Part shown: in pieces, positions 36,251 to 52,156 of the stretch
Layout of the letters: each line of letters starts with the position of its first letter
How positions within the stretch are numbered: position 1 is the stretch's first letter
NCBI RefSeq assembly: GCF_009914755.1
Contig: NC_060925.1
Source: the human T2T-CHM13v2.0 reference genome, Homo sapiens
Length of the DNA: 64,000 bases
Strand: one strand, 5' to 3'
Program-made: the position numbers and the translations under genes
The notes under the pieces: model-generated
The model's input: the letters and a program-made list of their open reading frames with translations, nothing else
Told to the model about the DNA's origin: nothing
The model's database searches: none

Positions 36251-36505
36251 ATGGCAGGCACCCCTCCGCCAGCCTCGCTGCCAACTTGCAGTTTGATCTC
36301 AGACTGCTGTGCTAGCAATCAGCGAGACTCCGTGGGCATAGGACCCTCCGAGCCATGTGCGGGATATAATCTCCTGGTGCGCCGTTTTTTAAGCCCATCG
36401 GAAAAGTGCAGTCTTTGGGTGGGAGTGACCCGATTTTCCAGGTGCCATCTGTCACCCCTTTCTTTGACTAGGAAAGAGAACTCCCTGACCCCTTGCACTT
36501 CCTGA
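36251..36505 (+). CDS. ORF0: L1 antisense ORF0, open, 84 aa
   Basis: MAGTPPPASLPTCSLISDCCASNQRDSVG matches the known ORF0 N-terminus; expression unknown. Confidence 0.7.
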   Translation: MAGTPPPASLPTCSLISDCCASNQRDSVGIGPSEPCAGYNLLVRRFLSPSEKCSLWVGVTRFSRCHLSPLSLTRKENSLTPCTS

Positions 36506-36982
36506 GTGAGGCAATGCCTCGCCCTGCTTCGGCTTGTGCACAGTGCGTGCACCCACTGACCTGCACCCACTGTCTGGCACTCCCTAGTGAGATGAACCTG
36601 GTACCTCAGATGGAAATGCAGAAATCACCCATCTTCTGTGTCGCTCATGCTCAAGTTCCATGAATTTTATATTCCAACTCTCTCACTAAGTTTATTGTGA
36701 CTATCATATTTTTCATTTCCAAGAGCTACTTCTTGTTCTCTGGGTGTTCCTATTTAAAAAAAAAAAAAAAAAGCATCCTTTTTATTTGATGGATCTTATC
36801 TTTCAGAGGATGATGACAACTGTTTTAAAGTTTCTTACTGTACCTTACATCATCTTTGTTTCCTGAACTCCTTTGCAGTTCTGTTTATTTGTGCATTTGC
36901 TTTGGGCCCTCTCTTGAACATTGGAGGCTGTCTGGTATGGATAAAAAAAATACATAAGCCAAACAAAACAAAACAAAAACTA

Positions 36983-37294
<312 letters not shown>

Positions 37295-37538
37295 GTATAA
37301 TATAAATACATGCTCCTCTTTAAGAAAAAAAATAGAGGTTTTCTTTTCAGTAAAGTGCTTTGCTGGGTAAATTCATTAGTGTAGAATTTTAAATTCCAAA
37401 TCAGACTGCATTTTGCTATGCATTGTATTTTCTGTTCTTTGGATCACCTGACACCCAAAGAATAGTAAGAAACTTCTTTTGAATTAAAATTTGTTTTTAA
37501 TATAAGAAACACATTGTAAACTCACTGGTAAAAGTGAG

Positions 37539-37679
37539 TACTCCTTGTACATCTCCATCAGAGCTCTTAAGTGCATTGTCAGTGGGCAGTAATATTTTGA
37601 AAGGAATCTTTTTCTGAGCAGTAGGTCTCAACAGTTTGCTTAAAATATTCAGTACACCATGCTGTAAACAGATGGGCTC
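37539..37679 (+). repeat. 141-bp dispersed copy of 39412-39552 (Tigger1 internal sequence)
   Basis: 139/141 identical by eye. Confidence 0.95.
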
Positions 37680-37688
37680 TTATTATTC

Positions 37689-38004
<316 letters not shown>

Positions 38005-38887
38005 TGAACACTCCTATTCTTGAACTAGTCACCAAATTTGTGAAATTTTGTTTAAATAATTACAATAATCATAAATCTACAGGGAAATAAAAGATTAATG
38101 ATTCAAAGTGATGTGAACCTTTCATAAAAAACATGGTTTTCAAAACTCAGCGCATGGCCCTCTCACATAAGAATAATTCTACATATTCTCCTACTGCTGC
38201 AGCAGAGGGGTGGTTGTTTTAAATAAAGTGATTTCTGAACATTTTCCCTAAAATCTGAACACAGAAAGTTTGTTGTTTTCTTACCAATGGCTTTCTCCTC
38301 CTCTGGTGACCCCAGGCTATCTGGGTGGTTGAGTGGGGCTGCTCTAAGCATGGGGACAAGGCACAAGGGCTGTTGGGCTTCTCTACAGAGTGGCCAGGCC
38401 GAGACCTACCTATTTCGTTGGGAGAATCCAGTTTTAGTAGCTATAGGTCTTTTCTCCTGGGCTGGCCAGTTTTTCCAGAGAATCCTCTGATCTCCCACTG
38501 GAAAGTAGCAGCTGGGCTGCTCAGAACTGGGTGAAAGAGGGTCCCTAGGGACTCAGGACACAGGACGGGAATTTCACTCTATTTCCTTGATTTCAATGCA
38601 TGCTTTTCTCCTCCCTCTGCTGGGCTTAGTTCCCTGGAATCCAGGTCTGTCTGTCCTGTTTCTCCAGAGAATGAACTTCCTGTGTCCCACAAGGGGTGAG
38701 GGGAGGAGAGGTGGGCTCTGAGTGTACGTTATACAGACTTCACGCCTTCCTGCCCTCTCCTCTGCCTTCTGAGGGAGATGGCACCTGCCTCCGCTTCCTT
38801 GCTTCTCACAGGCCCCTTCTACTTACTCCATTTTGTCTTCGAAAGGGTTGTTGGCATCACTTATCTTTGTTCTTAGAAGTTGACATG

Positions 38888-39182
38888 TTTTTTCTTTTTT
38901 GAGACAAGGTCTCATTCTGTTGCCCAGGCTGGAGTGCAATGGTGTGATCATAGCACACTGCAGCCTCAAACTCCTGGGCTCAAGCAATCTTCCTGCCTCG
39001 ACCTCCTGAGTAACTAGGACTACAGGTGCTCACCATGATGCCCAGCTAATTTTTAAATTTTTTATAGAGACAGAGTCTTGCTGTGTTGCCCAGGCCAGTC
39101 TCAAACTCCTGGAGTCAAGTGATCCTCCTGCCTCAGCCTCCCAAAGTGCTGGGATTGCAGGGGTGACCCACCATGCCTGTCC
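38888..39182 (-). mobile_element. AluJ
   Basis: dimer. Confidence 0.92.
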
Positions 39183-39613
39183 TGCAAATGTTATTAACAG
39201 CATCTTAAAATGGTTGATCTTTTCCAGAAGGTTTTCAGTTTACTTTGTCCAGATCCATCAGAGGAATTACTATCTGGGACTATGACCTTACAAAAGGCCT
39301 TACTATGGCCTTGCAAAAGCTATGGGCTTATAAAATGTATTTTTTAAATAATCAGACTTAAAAGTTGAAATTACTCCTTGATCTATAGGCTGCAGAGTAT
39401 GAAAGCAACATTACTCCTTGTACATCTCCATCAGAGCTCTTAAGTGCATTGTCAGTGGGCAGTAATATTTTGAAAGGAATCTTTTTCTGAGCAGTAGGTC
39501 TCAACAGTGGGCTTAAAATATTCAGTACACCATGCTGTAAACAGATGGGCTCCAACTATTCCATTTATAGAGCACAAACAGAGTAGATTTAGCAACCCTC
39601 AAAGGCACTAGGA

Positions 39614-39937
39614 TTTTCTTTTTCTTTTTCTTTTTCTTTATTATTTTTTTTTTTTGAGATGGAGTCTCACTCTGTCACCCAGGCTGGAGTGCAGTGGTGC
39701 AATCTTGGCTCACTGAAAGCTCTGCCTCCTGGGTTCACACCATTCTTCTGCCTCAGCCTCCCAAGTAGCTGAGACTACAGGCGCCCACCACCACGCCTAG
39801 CTAATTTTTTTGTATTTTTAGTAGAGATGGGGTTTCACCGTGTTAGCCAGGATGGTCTTGATCTCCTGACCTCATGATCCACCCACCTTGGCCTCCCAAA
39901 GTGCTGGGATTACAGGCGTGAGCCACTGCGCCCAGCC
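39614..39937 (-). mobile_element. AluY
   Basis: Y diagnostics; TSD GCACTAGGATTTTC. Confidence 0.92.
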
Positions 39938-40860
39938 AGCACTAGGATTTTCAGAAAGGCAAATGAGCCTTGGCTTCAACTTTAAGTCATCAGGGGCATT
40001 AGCCCTAAAGAAGAGAGTCAGCCTGTCCTTTGAAGCTTTGAAGCCAGGCATTGACTTATCTAGCTATAAAAGTCCCAGATGGCATCTTTTTCTAGAAACA
40101 GGCTATTTAACCTACATTGCAAATGTTTTTGGTGTAGCCACTTTCATCAGTGATCTTAGCTGGATCTTCTCTGGATAACATGCTGCAACTTCTAAATCAG
40201 CACCTGCTGCTTCACCTTGAATTTTTATGTGATGGAGATGGATTTACCTCATGAACAAATCTCTGCTAGCTTCCAAGTACTGTTCTGCAGCTTCCTCACC
40301 TCTCTCAGCCTTCATAGAATTGAAGACAGTTAGAGTCTTGCTCTGCGTTAGGCTTTGGGTTAAGGGAATGTTGTGGCTAGTTTGATCTTCTGTGCAGACC
40401 AGTCAAACTTTCTCCATATCGGCAATAGGGCTGTTTTGCTTTTTAATCATTTGTATGGTCACTGGAATAGCACTTTTAATTTCTGTTAAGAACTGTTCCT
40501 TTGCATTTACAACTTGGCTACCTGTCTGACACAAGAGGCCTAAGTTTCAGCCGATCTCAGCTTTTGACCTGCCTTCCTCACTATGCTTAATCATTCCTAG
40601 CTTTTGATTTAAAGTAAGAGATGTATGACTCTTCCTTCCACTCATACACTTTGAGGTCATTGTAAGGTTATTAACTGGCCTAATTTCAGTATTGCTGTGT
40701 CTTGGGGAATAGGCCCAAGGAGGGAGGAGGAAGGGACAGAGAGAGAGAGATGGGGAAATGACTGGTGGGTGGAGCAGTCAGAACACATACAACATTTATC
40801 AATTAAGTTCACCATCTTGTATGGATGCAGTTTGTGGAGCTTCAAAACTATTATACTAAA

Positions 40861-41000
40861 GCCAGGCACTGTGATGCATGCCTATAGTCCCAGCTACTTG
40901 AGAAGCTGAGGCAGGAGGATTGCTTGAGCTCAGGAGTTCAAGGTCAGCCTGGGCAATATAACAAGGCTGTCTCTAAAAAAACAAACAAGCAAAACTAACA
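40861..41000 (+). mobile_element. Alu monomer (FLAM/FAM-like)
   Basis: about 120-bp monomer with A-rich tail. Confidence 0.8.
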
Positions 41001-41559
41001 ACAAAAAATCACACTGATAACATCAAAAATAACTGATCACAGATCACCATAACAGATAAAACAATAATAAAAAAGTTAGAAATATTGCAAGAATTACCAA
41101 AATGTCACACAGAGACACAAAGTGAGCACATGGCACCAATAGATTTGCTCAATGCAGGTTTACCACAAACCCTCAATTTGAAACCAATGCGATATTTCTG
41201 CAAAGTGCCATAATACAAGGTATGCCTGTATTGAATAATGCAATGTTCAAATCTTCTAGCAAAGTGAACAGAACTACACAGAATCATGCTTTGAAATTGC
41301 CAATTTAGGAAATTATATTTGTTTTCAAAACTTGTTATTTCTTGGAACTCCACTCATAGGATTTGTTAAAAGTGTGTATAAAAAATACATAAACCTATTA
41401 ATATTATTTTATTTGCAACAATAACTCATAGAACCAAGTAGAGCCACAAACATGCCCTCATAATATTGCAACAGCTATACACAAGCGAGATTATGTGATG
41501 ACCACGTCTCTCCTATGCATTCCTGTGCCCATTCCCAACAATGTCCACCTTAACCTTCA

Positions 41560-41830
41560 ATTTGGAGTTGTCAGCATTTTCCTGCTCCAAATTTTGACTT
41601 GAAGTCAATGGAGTCCTTCAAATCGGAAATTTCCCTATGTTGATTAAGCTTCAGTGCTCATAGAACTATCATACTTTTGCCTGTTTTATCAAATTCATTT
41701 TTCTCAGGTTTTGGGATTTGAAAAAAATATATGATTTCCCAAAAAAAAATGCCCAGAAGAAATCCCTGCATGAAAACACTAGGCCATGATCTTTGCCTGA
41801 TTGCTAAAGGAAGAATCTTGTTAAACGAAA
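41560..41830 (-). mobile_element. hAT transposase C-terminal relic, family uncertain
   Basis: minus translation across frameshifts KMNLIKQ..SSMSTE.LN..ISDLKDSIDF resembles the hATC dimerisation domain. Confidence 0.45.
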
Positions 41831-42522
41831 TAATATCATAAATGAGAACGTGCATGGGGGTAGTGAAAGCAATGGGTTAGGCCCTGGTTGCTGCCTGTTA
41901 GAAGAGCCCTGGCCCTCACACACCCACAGCCCAGGCACGATGTGATGTAACCCTTTATTATTTCCCAGGACATCTCAGATCTGTTTTCCTCTGAAATATT
42001 AGGACTCACATCAGCCCTTTGGTCACAGTTAACAGTGCATCATTTACATCTATGTGTGACTTTGTCACTCTGTGGCACCCAAGTAGAAAGAAGAAGGTAA
42101 AGGCACATTAGAAGAATCCATTCTATTCCCTTTCTGCTGTCCTAGCTGTCAAATCAGCAGAAAGCTTAGACAGACCGTATGTTTACTGGAAGGGAGGGTA
42201 GAGCCCCAGAGAGGCTTCGGACTGAGACCTGTTCTGCCTTCTGTCTGGAAAGGGAAGAAATTCCTCCACCAGAAGCAACAAGAGTTGGGAAGCAGAGATC
42301 AAAGAAAGCAGGCAATTTCTGCAGGAAGGGGGAAGGGAAAAAGGGAGGGAAGAGTGATGGGTCCCAGGCGGGGGCGGATTTAGCATGAAACTAATGAAGC
42401 TTCAGCCTCAGCACCCCTCGCTTGCAAGGACCCTTCCAAGTTCCTGGGTGAGGCCCCTAGAAATTGGTTTAAAATTTGCAAAATTTGGAAAAGTGAGATA
42501 TATTAACAACAATCAAGACTAC

Positions 42523-43016
<494 letters not shown>

Positions 43017-43432
43017 TCAGTCACACTTCCTTTCTTGTTGGGTGGTATTTGGAGTGGCTGTGGGCATTTTTAATCTCTATCTAAGGAGAAATTGAGTTGA
43101 GAGTATGTTCACTTATGTGATTTGCAGTCACTTTCAAGTATAGTTTCTAGCAGCCCCTCCCTCAGTCAAGGAATGGCTTCTAGGGGCATCTCCATTGTCT
43201 ACTGTATTGACTTAATACCAAAGGTCCTATCCAAATATAAATGTGACTTTCAATACCTGGCACCGGAAGTAGGTGGGAAGTGGAACAGAAAGAATGTTGA
43301 AAACATATGGAGTCAGAAGCTAGTTTGTAGAAAATTCTTTCAGCTATGGTAAATGTAAAAGGCAGGGTTCGCTTTTCACTGATGTCTAGTCAACATTTTC
43401 TTCTTCCAGGATATTCCCCCTTGCTGTGACTA

Positions 43433-43728
43433 TTTTTTTTTTTCTTTTTTGAGATGGAGTCTCCCTCTGCTGCCAGGCTGGAGTGCAGTGATGCAATCTC
43501 GGCTCACTGCAACCTCTGCCTCTTGAGTTCAAGCAGTTATACTGCCTCAGCCTCCTGAGTAGCTAGGACTACAAGCGCCCGCCACCATGCCCAGCTAATT
43601 TTTGTATTTTTAGTAGAGACGGAGTTTCACCATGTTGGCCAGGATGGTCTTGATCTCTTGACCTCGTGATCTGCCCTCCTTGGCCTCCCAAAATGCTGGG
43701 ATTACAGGCGTGAGCCACCGTGCCCGGC
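43433..43728 (-). mobile_element. AluSc-like
   Basis: GATGGTCTTGATCTCTTGACCTCGTGATC. Confidence 0.9.
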
Positions 43729-43729
43729 C

Positions 43730-44052
<323 letters not shown>

Positions 44053-44930
44053 TGTCGTGACTATTCTTAATACTGCTGCGAATACAATTATAAACGCACT
44101 GTACATTTATTTATTTGTTGGGATTGAAAAAATAGAATGTATGAAATTCTTGAGTTAACCATAAACCTATAGCAATATTACAGAAATTTTTGATCAACTA
44201 TGCTGGAAAAAACACTAAATTATCTTTCTATTATTTCTATAGAAAATGGCACTACAAAATTGTTGGCATTTGAAGCGGTCATCAAAGAGTAGGCAGACAG
44301 AAGCACATGGAAAAATATTATAGAAGTGTATCAGTTAATAAAAACGTGAATTTTCTGGATTTTGTGATGTTTGTGGTATTTGTCAGCCTTTAAAAATTTA
44401 TAACTTGATGTCATCTATTTTCTCATTCTAAATATTTACTTTTATATTCAACTTTGTATTTTTTTATTTTGTGTTATTTTTCTTGAAGAGATCTCCAAAT
44501 TATATAAGCTTCAGACTTCACAAAACTTGATCTGTGCCTGGACTGTGGTGTGGGGCCCAGGGATTTATACCAACAGCCATTCTTGGCCCTCAGCAGCCTC
44601 TAGGGTCCCTAGCCCATTCTCCAAAGTCCGCATCCCAGCCCTCATCTCAGGCCCTGAGAGCCATCAACAACATAAGGCTGAGGAACTCTTTGCTTCTCTG
44701 GGGAGCAGGAGGGTGGGTGAGCCAGTGAGACATGCATTTGCTGGATTAGACCTCTGGGGACTTTTCCCCCAGCAAAGTCCTGCCTGGCAGGGTGGTTGGC
44801 CATTGTGTCAGTACCCACCACCCTCCTGTGAAGGGTGAGCCCCTGGCCCTTGTGGCCTGGGCTGAGGTCTCAACCACCAGCAGCAGTACTTGAGGCTGAG
44901 TCTGCTGTAGACTTTAAAAACAGGACTGGT

Positions 44931-45545
<615 letters not shown>

Positions 45546-46694
45546 CAGGACCAGCAGGAATAGTCTGCTGTGGATTGGGACCCCTGAATGTTCCAGAGGG
45601 ATTTAAGTGTGCGGAATTCAGACGTCTTCCCTGTTGTGGCTGGCCTTCCCGCCTCCCCAGCCGTCTGCCCGAATGAGTGCTTACTAATGAGCCAGAGAGC
45701 TCTGAGCCGGCCTGTGCAGGGCATCCATGCAGGGCTCCAGGGGCCCCTCTCAGTGAAACAACATGACTGTGAAAACAATCTGCTGCTCTTCTTCTTCACC
45801 CTGACCTTGGGTCATTCTGGCGTAAAAGATTACTTTGCTCCCAGCCTCGGGGAAGTTTTTGTACAATTAGCTACAACTCGGCAGAAAGACCCTGCAGAGA
45901 GAGCCCTGGGGTCACCAACTCAAGCATGAAAGGACACTGACCCCGTGTGGTCATGTTTGGAGGTGCAGCACGGGGAGAGAGGAAAGGCCCCGGCACGGTC
46001 CTTTGGCCAAACGACCCCTGCAGGCCCTCCCTGACCGACCTTGCTCTGTCCCTGCTCACTTCACAAGACCCTGGGGAGAGGACCTGGCCCTATCAGGGCC
46101 TGCTGACTCGTTCTCCCCTGGCGAAATGTCCCCACCAGGTGCTCTCAACTCTGGGCTATGACTTCACAGGCCATTTGAGTTCAGATGGGTAAGGCGTGTA
46201 GGAAATGAGCTCAAAGGGCAGGATGGATTTTGATGGGGTAAGAAGAGAGTGTTTCTCACTCACCCAAAGCACTGAGCACAGTGTCCCAAACATAATGTGG
46301 AGTAAACACGCGCATGCACACGTGCACTTCAGGTGCAGGAGACAGCCTAAGCAGGGGCAGGCAGGCAGGCAGGTATGGAATGTGCATGGAGGGCTGGAGA
46401 GTGGAGCTGCTTTTCTGCGGAGATTTCAGGTTAGGTGGAGCACTGAGCTGAATTTTCTAGAAGCTGGATTCCTAAGCCCCAGTTCTGGGCTCTTTCTCTG
46501 ACCACACAGCTGTGTAGAAGGAAAGGGGCCTGAGTTCTGCCATCTGGGCTAGGAGTCGGTATAGAGCCAGCCAGTTGTAGCATTTCTGATTCCATCTGAA
46601 TTCCTAACACATCAAAATCAGATTCCATTCTGGACATTCGTTTTTTTGTTGACGCTGTGATTGAGGTCTCATAAAAAGAAGGTGCCATGCCTAG

Positions 46695-46800
46695 GACAAA
46701 TGAGGAAGGAGAGGCTCAGAAAAGTTAAATAGCTGTGTCTTAAGTCACAGCCACTCAGTGTGTGAAAAGCCAAGCTGGGGTTTGAACATGATAAAAATAC
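46695..46800 (-). mobile_element. MIR
   Basis: ACAAATGAGGAAGGAGAGGCTCAGAAAAGTTAAAT..AAGTCACA. Confidence 0.65.
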
Positions 46801-47086
46801 ACCATGGCCGCTGGGCTCCAAAGTGCAACCTGCAGCTTCTAAAGGAACTAAAACCTAACTTGTTCCCTTCTCCCCCAGCTCAATCCACTGTCCCCGCTGT
46901 AGCAGAGCCATCGCCTCAAGGCAAATTGCATCCCACTGCTCAAAACTGAGCAACTCTTCTCTGGTCTCAGGATAAAAATGGTATGTGTGTCTTGGCTTCA
47001 CAGACCTCCCTAACCTCACCCCTTGCTCTCGCCACATCACTCGCCATTCTTCCCTCCTGTGACATGGAACTTCAGCCTTGGTTCCA

Positions 47087-47121
47087 TGCCTTGGCCTCCC
47101 AAAATGCTGAGATTATAGGCA
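47087..47121 (-). repeat. 35-bp inverted copy of 44950-44984 (Alu fragment)
   Basis: 35/35 identical including three non-consensus bases. Confidence 0.9.
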
Positions 47122-47305
47122 GTTCCCTAAACAGCCAGCCTCTCAGATGTGGAGGACCTTGATTTGTAAACAAATCACCAGGGGATTTTGATAAAATACA
47201 GATTCCAATTCACCAAGCCTGGTTTGGGGGTCCAGGTTCTGAAGCTCTAAGAAGCTCCCAGGTAGTATGAATCTTCCAGGTCCACAGACCACAGGTGAGT
47301 AAAGA
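47122..47305. mobile_element. MER5-type MITE
   Basis: AATCACCAGGGG..TAAAATACAGATTCC..AAGCTCCCAGGT..GGTCCACAGACCACA. Confidence 0.65.
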
Positions 47306-47526
47306 GGTGCTAAACACACCATGTTCCCCTCACCTTTGACCGCCACCAAACTTCCTTTGATCTGAAACTTTTCTCCTTCCTCCCCAAGGCCCCCTCCTGT
47401 ATCTTTCACCCGGGTGGTAAGGCTACTTCCTCTCCAGGCCTCAGCTTAGGTGCTGCTGCCTCCCGGAAGTACTCTTAACCCCTTTGAGAATGATTAGGTC
47501 ATGTCTTATCTGTTAGAGATGCAAAT

Positions 47527-48115
47527 AATCCCAGCACTTTGGGAGGCCAAGGCAGGCAAATCAGCTGAGGTCAGGAGTTTGAATCCAGCCTGGGCAACAT
47601 GGCAAAACCCCATCTCTACTAAAAATACAAAAATTAGCCAGGCATGGTGATGCACACCTGTAATCCCAACTACTTGGGAGGCTAAGGCACAAGAATCGCT
47701 TAAACTTGAGAGGAAGAGGTTGCAGTGAGCAGAGATCGCATCACTGTACTCCAGCCTGAGTGACAGGGCGAGACTCTGTCTCAAAAAAAAAAAAAAAGAA
47801 AGAAAGAAAGAAAGAAATGGGTGAAACGGGCCAGGCACAGTGGTTCACACCTGTAATCCCAGCACCTTGGGAGGCCAAGGATCACTTGAGACCAGGAGTT
47901 TGAGACCAGCTTGGGCAACATAGTGAGACCCTGTCTCTACAAAAAATACAAAAATTAGCTGGGTGTAGTGGTGCGTGCCTGTATTCCCAGCTACTCTGGA
48001 GGCTGAGGTGAGAGGATCACCAGAGCTGGGGAGATCAAGGCTACAGTGAGCTGTGATTGCTCCACTGTACTACAGACTGGGTGACACAGTGAGACCCTCT
48101 CAGAAAAAAAAAAGG
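47527..48115 (+). mobile_element. Two tandem Alus (47527-47817, 47829-48115)
   Basis: two dimers; first is 5'-truncated, second has an internal deletion. Confidence 0.9.
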
Positions 48116-48329
48116 AAAAAGAAATGGATGAAATGATAATGATAGGTGGGATTTGTCTTAAAATACTCAAGAAAAAATATGGGAACAGGTACATGAAACA
48201 AAAATGGCAAAATGTCGATCATTTTGATTGTTGTTGAAGCTGGGTGATGAATATGTGAGAGCTCATTGTACTATCCTCTCAATATTTGTGTTTGTTTGGA
48301 AGTTTTCAAAATAAAAAGCTTTAAAAAAA

Positions 48330-48454
48330 TTTTTAATAGACATAGGGTCTTGCTGTGTTGCCCAAGTTGCTCATGAGCTCCTGGGCTCAGGCAGTCCTCC
48401 CACCTTGGCCTCTCAAAGTACTGGGATTACAGGTGTGAGCCACCATACCTAGCC
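48330..48454 (-). mobile_element. Alu monomer inside an old L1 3' fragment
   Basis: TSD AATAAAAAGCTT..AAAAAAAT. Confidence 0.85.
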
Positions 48455-48559
48455 AGAATAAAAAGCTTAAAAAAATGAAGCCTGAGATAAGTGCCTCTCC
48501 CATGTACCCCCTTAGGCGACTGTCCTGTCTGCCCCCACCCTACAGCACGTATCGTACTG

Positions 48560-48690
48560 CCTCATGAGTGTATAGTTTTTCAAGGGCTGAGATTGTACTG
48601 TGTTTTGTTCATTTTTCTACACCAGCCCCTAGCACAGTGGTTGGCACAGAGTAAATTCTCAACATATTTTTGTTGAATGATTGAATGAAA
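48560..48690 (+). mobile_element. L2 3' end
   Basis: CCTAGCACAGTGGTTGGCACAGAGTA...TTGTTGAATGA. Confidence 0.75.
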
Positions 48691-49678
48691 ATCCTGCCAG
48701 GTTATGTTAGTTGGCAGAAAAGAAGCAAATCATTGAAAATGTATGTCGAAACGAAACAACGCATATTGTTCCACCTTATGTAGAGCTGTGCTGCATCTGC
48801 TCCTGGAATCCTCTGTAAAGGTCACTGTGTCCCAAGGAAGATTCTGTGTCACATGAGAGAATCCATTTAAATCGTTAAGAAGAAAGCAAATGTAGACACT
48901 GGAACTCTGCCATGTATAAGGAAGAAGGGTGAATGGGTATGTGATCCAAAGGTGTTGAAAACAGAGAGTCATTCATTCAATCACCAAATATTGGTTCACT
49001 GTCTAAGCTTCAGCTTTGCCTGCAACGCTGGAGACTACTTCTCCAAAGTAGTTACTTGCATGAGATTATATGAATGGAAGCCTGTGTATATTGGCCAAAT
49101 GAATGAGGCAGAAGTGGGTTTTGCGGGGGGTGGGGTGTTGTTTGTTTTGTGCAGGGATACCCCAAAAGAAAGGGGAGAGAACAGGGCAGTGGGCGAGATG
49201 GTGAGATATCTAGGCCCCACCCCAGTGGGACCAAAGGGGTAACTCAGAGCTGGAGGCTAAAGAGCTGACTTTGTAAGACCTGGGGTGTCAGTCTAATGAC
49301 AGTCTGAGGCAACCCCAGGAACCCCAGGATTCGAGAATGAGCCCTTCTTGGCTCCACTGCCCATACACATCTGCTCAGACCCAGTACTGCTTTAATGTTC
49401 TGAGGTCTCTGGGTGACCACCAGCAGCAGGCGACAGGGAAAAAGGCCTGGGTTTTCTGGCCTGAACAATGGGATGAATAGGGATAAACATTGACAGGCAT
49501 GAGAAATAAAGTGGGAAGAGCAAGCTCAAAGGAGACATAGTGTGTTCACTCACCAAGGCTGTTCACCAGAGAAGCCCCTTTCATGTAAGTGAGAGATACG
49601 CTTGAGAAAACCAAAAGAGAGACTCACCTGTTTCCCCCAACAAGCTTCCAGGTCTTGTTATCCTCAGAAGCAGGACCA

Positions 49679-50059
<381 letters not shown>

Positions 50060-50127
50060 TCAAGGGAATACAGCCACATCATGGCAAGATGAAAATTTCT
50101 GAGGCTGACAGTAAGAAAGGTGAAGTA

Positions 50128-50511
<384 letters not shown>

Positions 50512-51329
50512 TCAGTCTTATTCATTTCTCTATGCCAGGTCCCTAGCACAGTGTCTAATGCAAAGGAGGTGCCGAGTCAATGTTTGAAAAATCAATGAAT
50601 GAGATGAATGCACTTGGAATGGTGTTGATTTTTGCTTTGCCTCCAAGCTAGAACAAATAATTGAGCTCACTCATATCCATGTTATCATTACTATCCAGGC
50701 TACTGTGTTAATATAGCATTTAATAACTCCCTTGTTCTCCCAAACTTTAGGGAAATTGAAGCTTCAGTAATGAGGGAAATTTTTGCTTGATTGTTTTCTG
50801 TGGGAAGTCAACCACAGCTCACATCTGGTGCCCTCCATGAAGTCTTCATCATTAACAGGATTTTGTACATTTTCTCCTTTCTGTAAATCCAGACCTTGGA
50901 GAAAGAGATCCTCCTCATCTTTCCATTAAGAGGAAGTTTAATTGCATCTAGACTCTGGTTGGTTAGGGCTTGATTTTAGGTGGGCAAAGCAGACTTCAGC
51001 AAAATAGGCAGAGCCAAGAGAGGCTCCTGTTGTTTGGGTCGCTGTTTTTAGCAGTGAGGAAAGACCCTGGGGCTAGAAGGATGATTGGTCACTAGGTGTG
51101 AACTAGACGTTGGAGATTTCATCTGCCTGGGACCTAGCAGATGTCCCCATGAGGTCTTCTTTGCCAGCTACCCCATCCTGTCTTCCAGAGAATGCTGCAT
51201 CCAGAGGTCTCTTGTCCTCTTTTGCTCCCTGGACCTTATTACTTGATCATCTAGCTCCCAGCTATGTTCCTTCCACTCCCATCCAGGGCTACTGACTTCC
51301 ACTCTATAAGCAGTAACAGACTGGTGCCT

Positions 51330-51848
<519 letters not shown>

Positions 51849-52029
51849 TGAACATGCCCAGAATTTCTGAAACAGGATGCACAGAGCATCCACCTCTAAG
51901 AGAGGATGGTTCACTCCAACACTCCCCTCTCTGGCCAGCAACTCGCAACAGGCAAAGCCTGAACCAGGGGAGCCACTATAACAATAAGCACCGCAACAGT
52001 GGCTGACTTTAGTCACGTGCCCTACTCCA

Positions 52030-52156
52030 TTAGCCCTCAGAACAGTGTAATGACCACTAGCATTAGACCATTTTGCAGAAGAGGAAACAGAGGCTAAGAG
52101 AGATTTAATAACTTGGCCAGGTTCACATAGCTATGCTTTGGCAGCGCTGGAATTGG
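52030..52156 (-). mobile_element. MIR
   Basis: CCATTTTGCAGAAGAGGAAACAGAGGCT..AACTTGGCCAGGTTCACATAGCTA. Confidence 0.8.

Larger units (their letters stand above)
38875..41228 (-). mobile_element. Tigger1 (TcMar) DNA transposon, one end only, with nested Alus
   Basis: terminal AAGGTATGCCTG + TA at 41228; transposase relic (KKIPFKILL); other terminus not seen. Confidence 0.88.
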
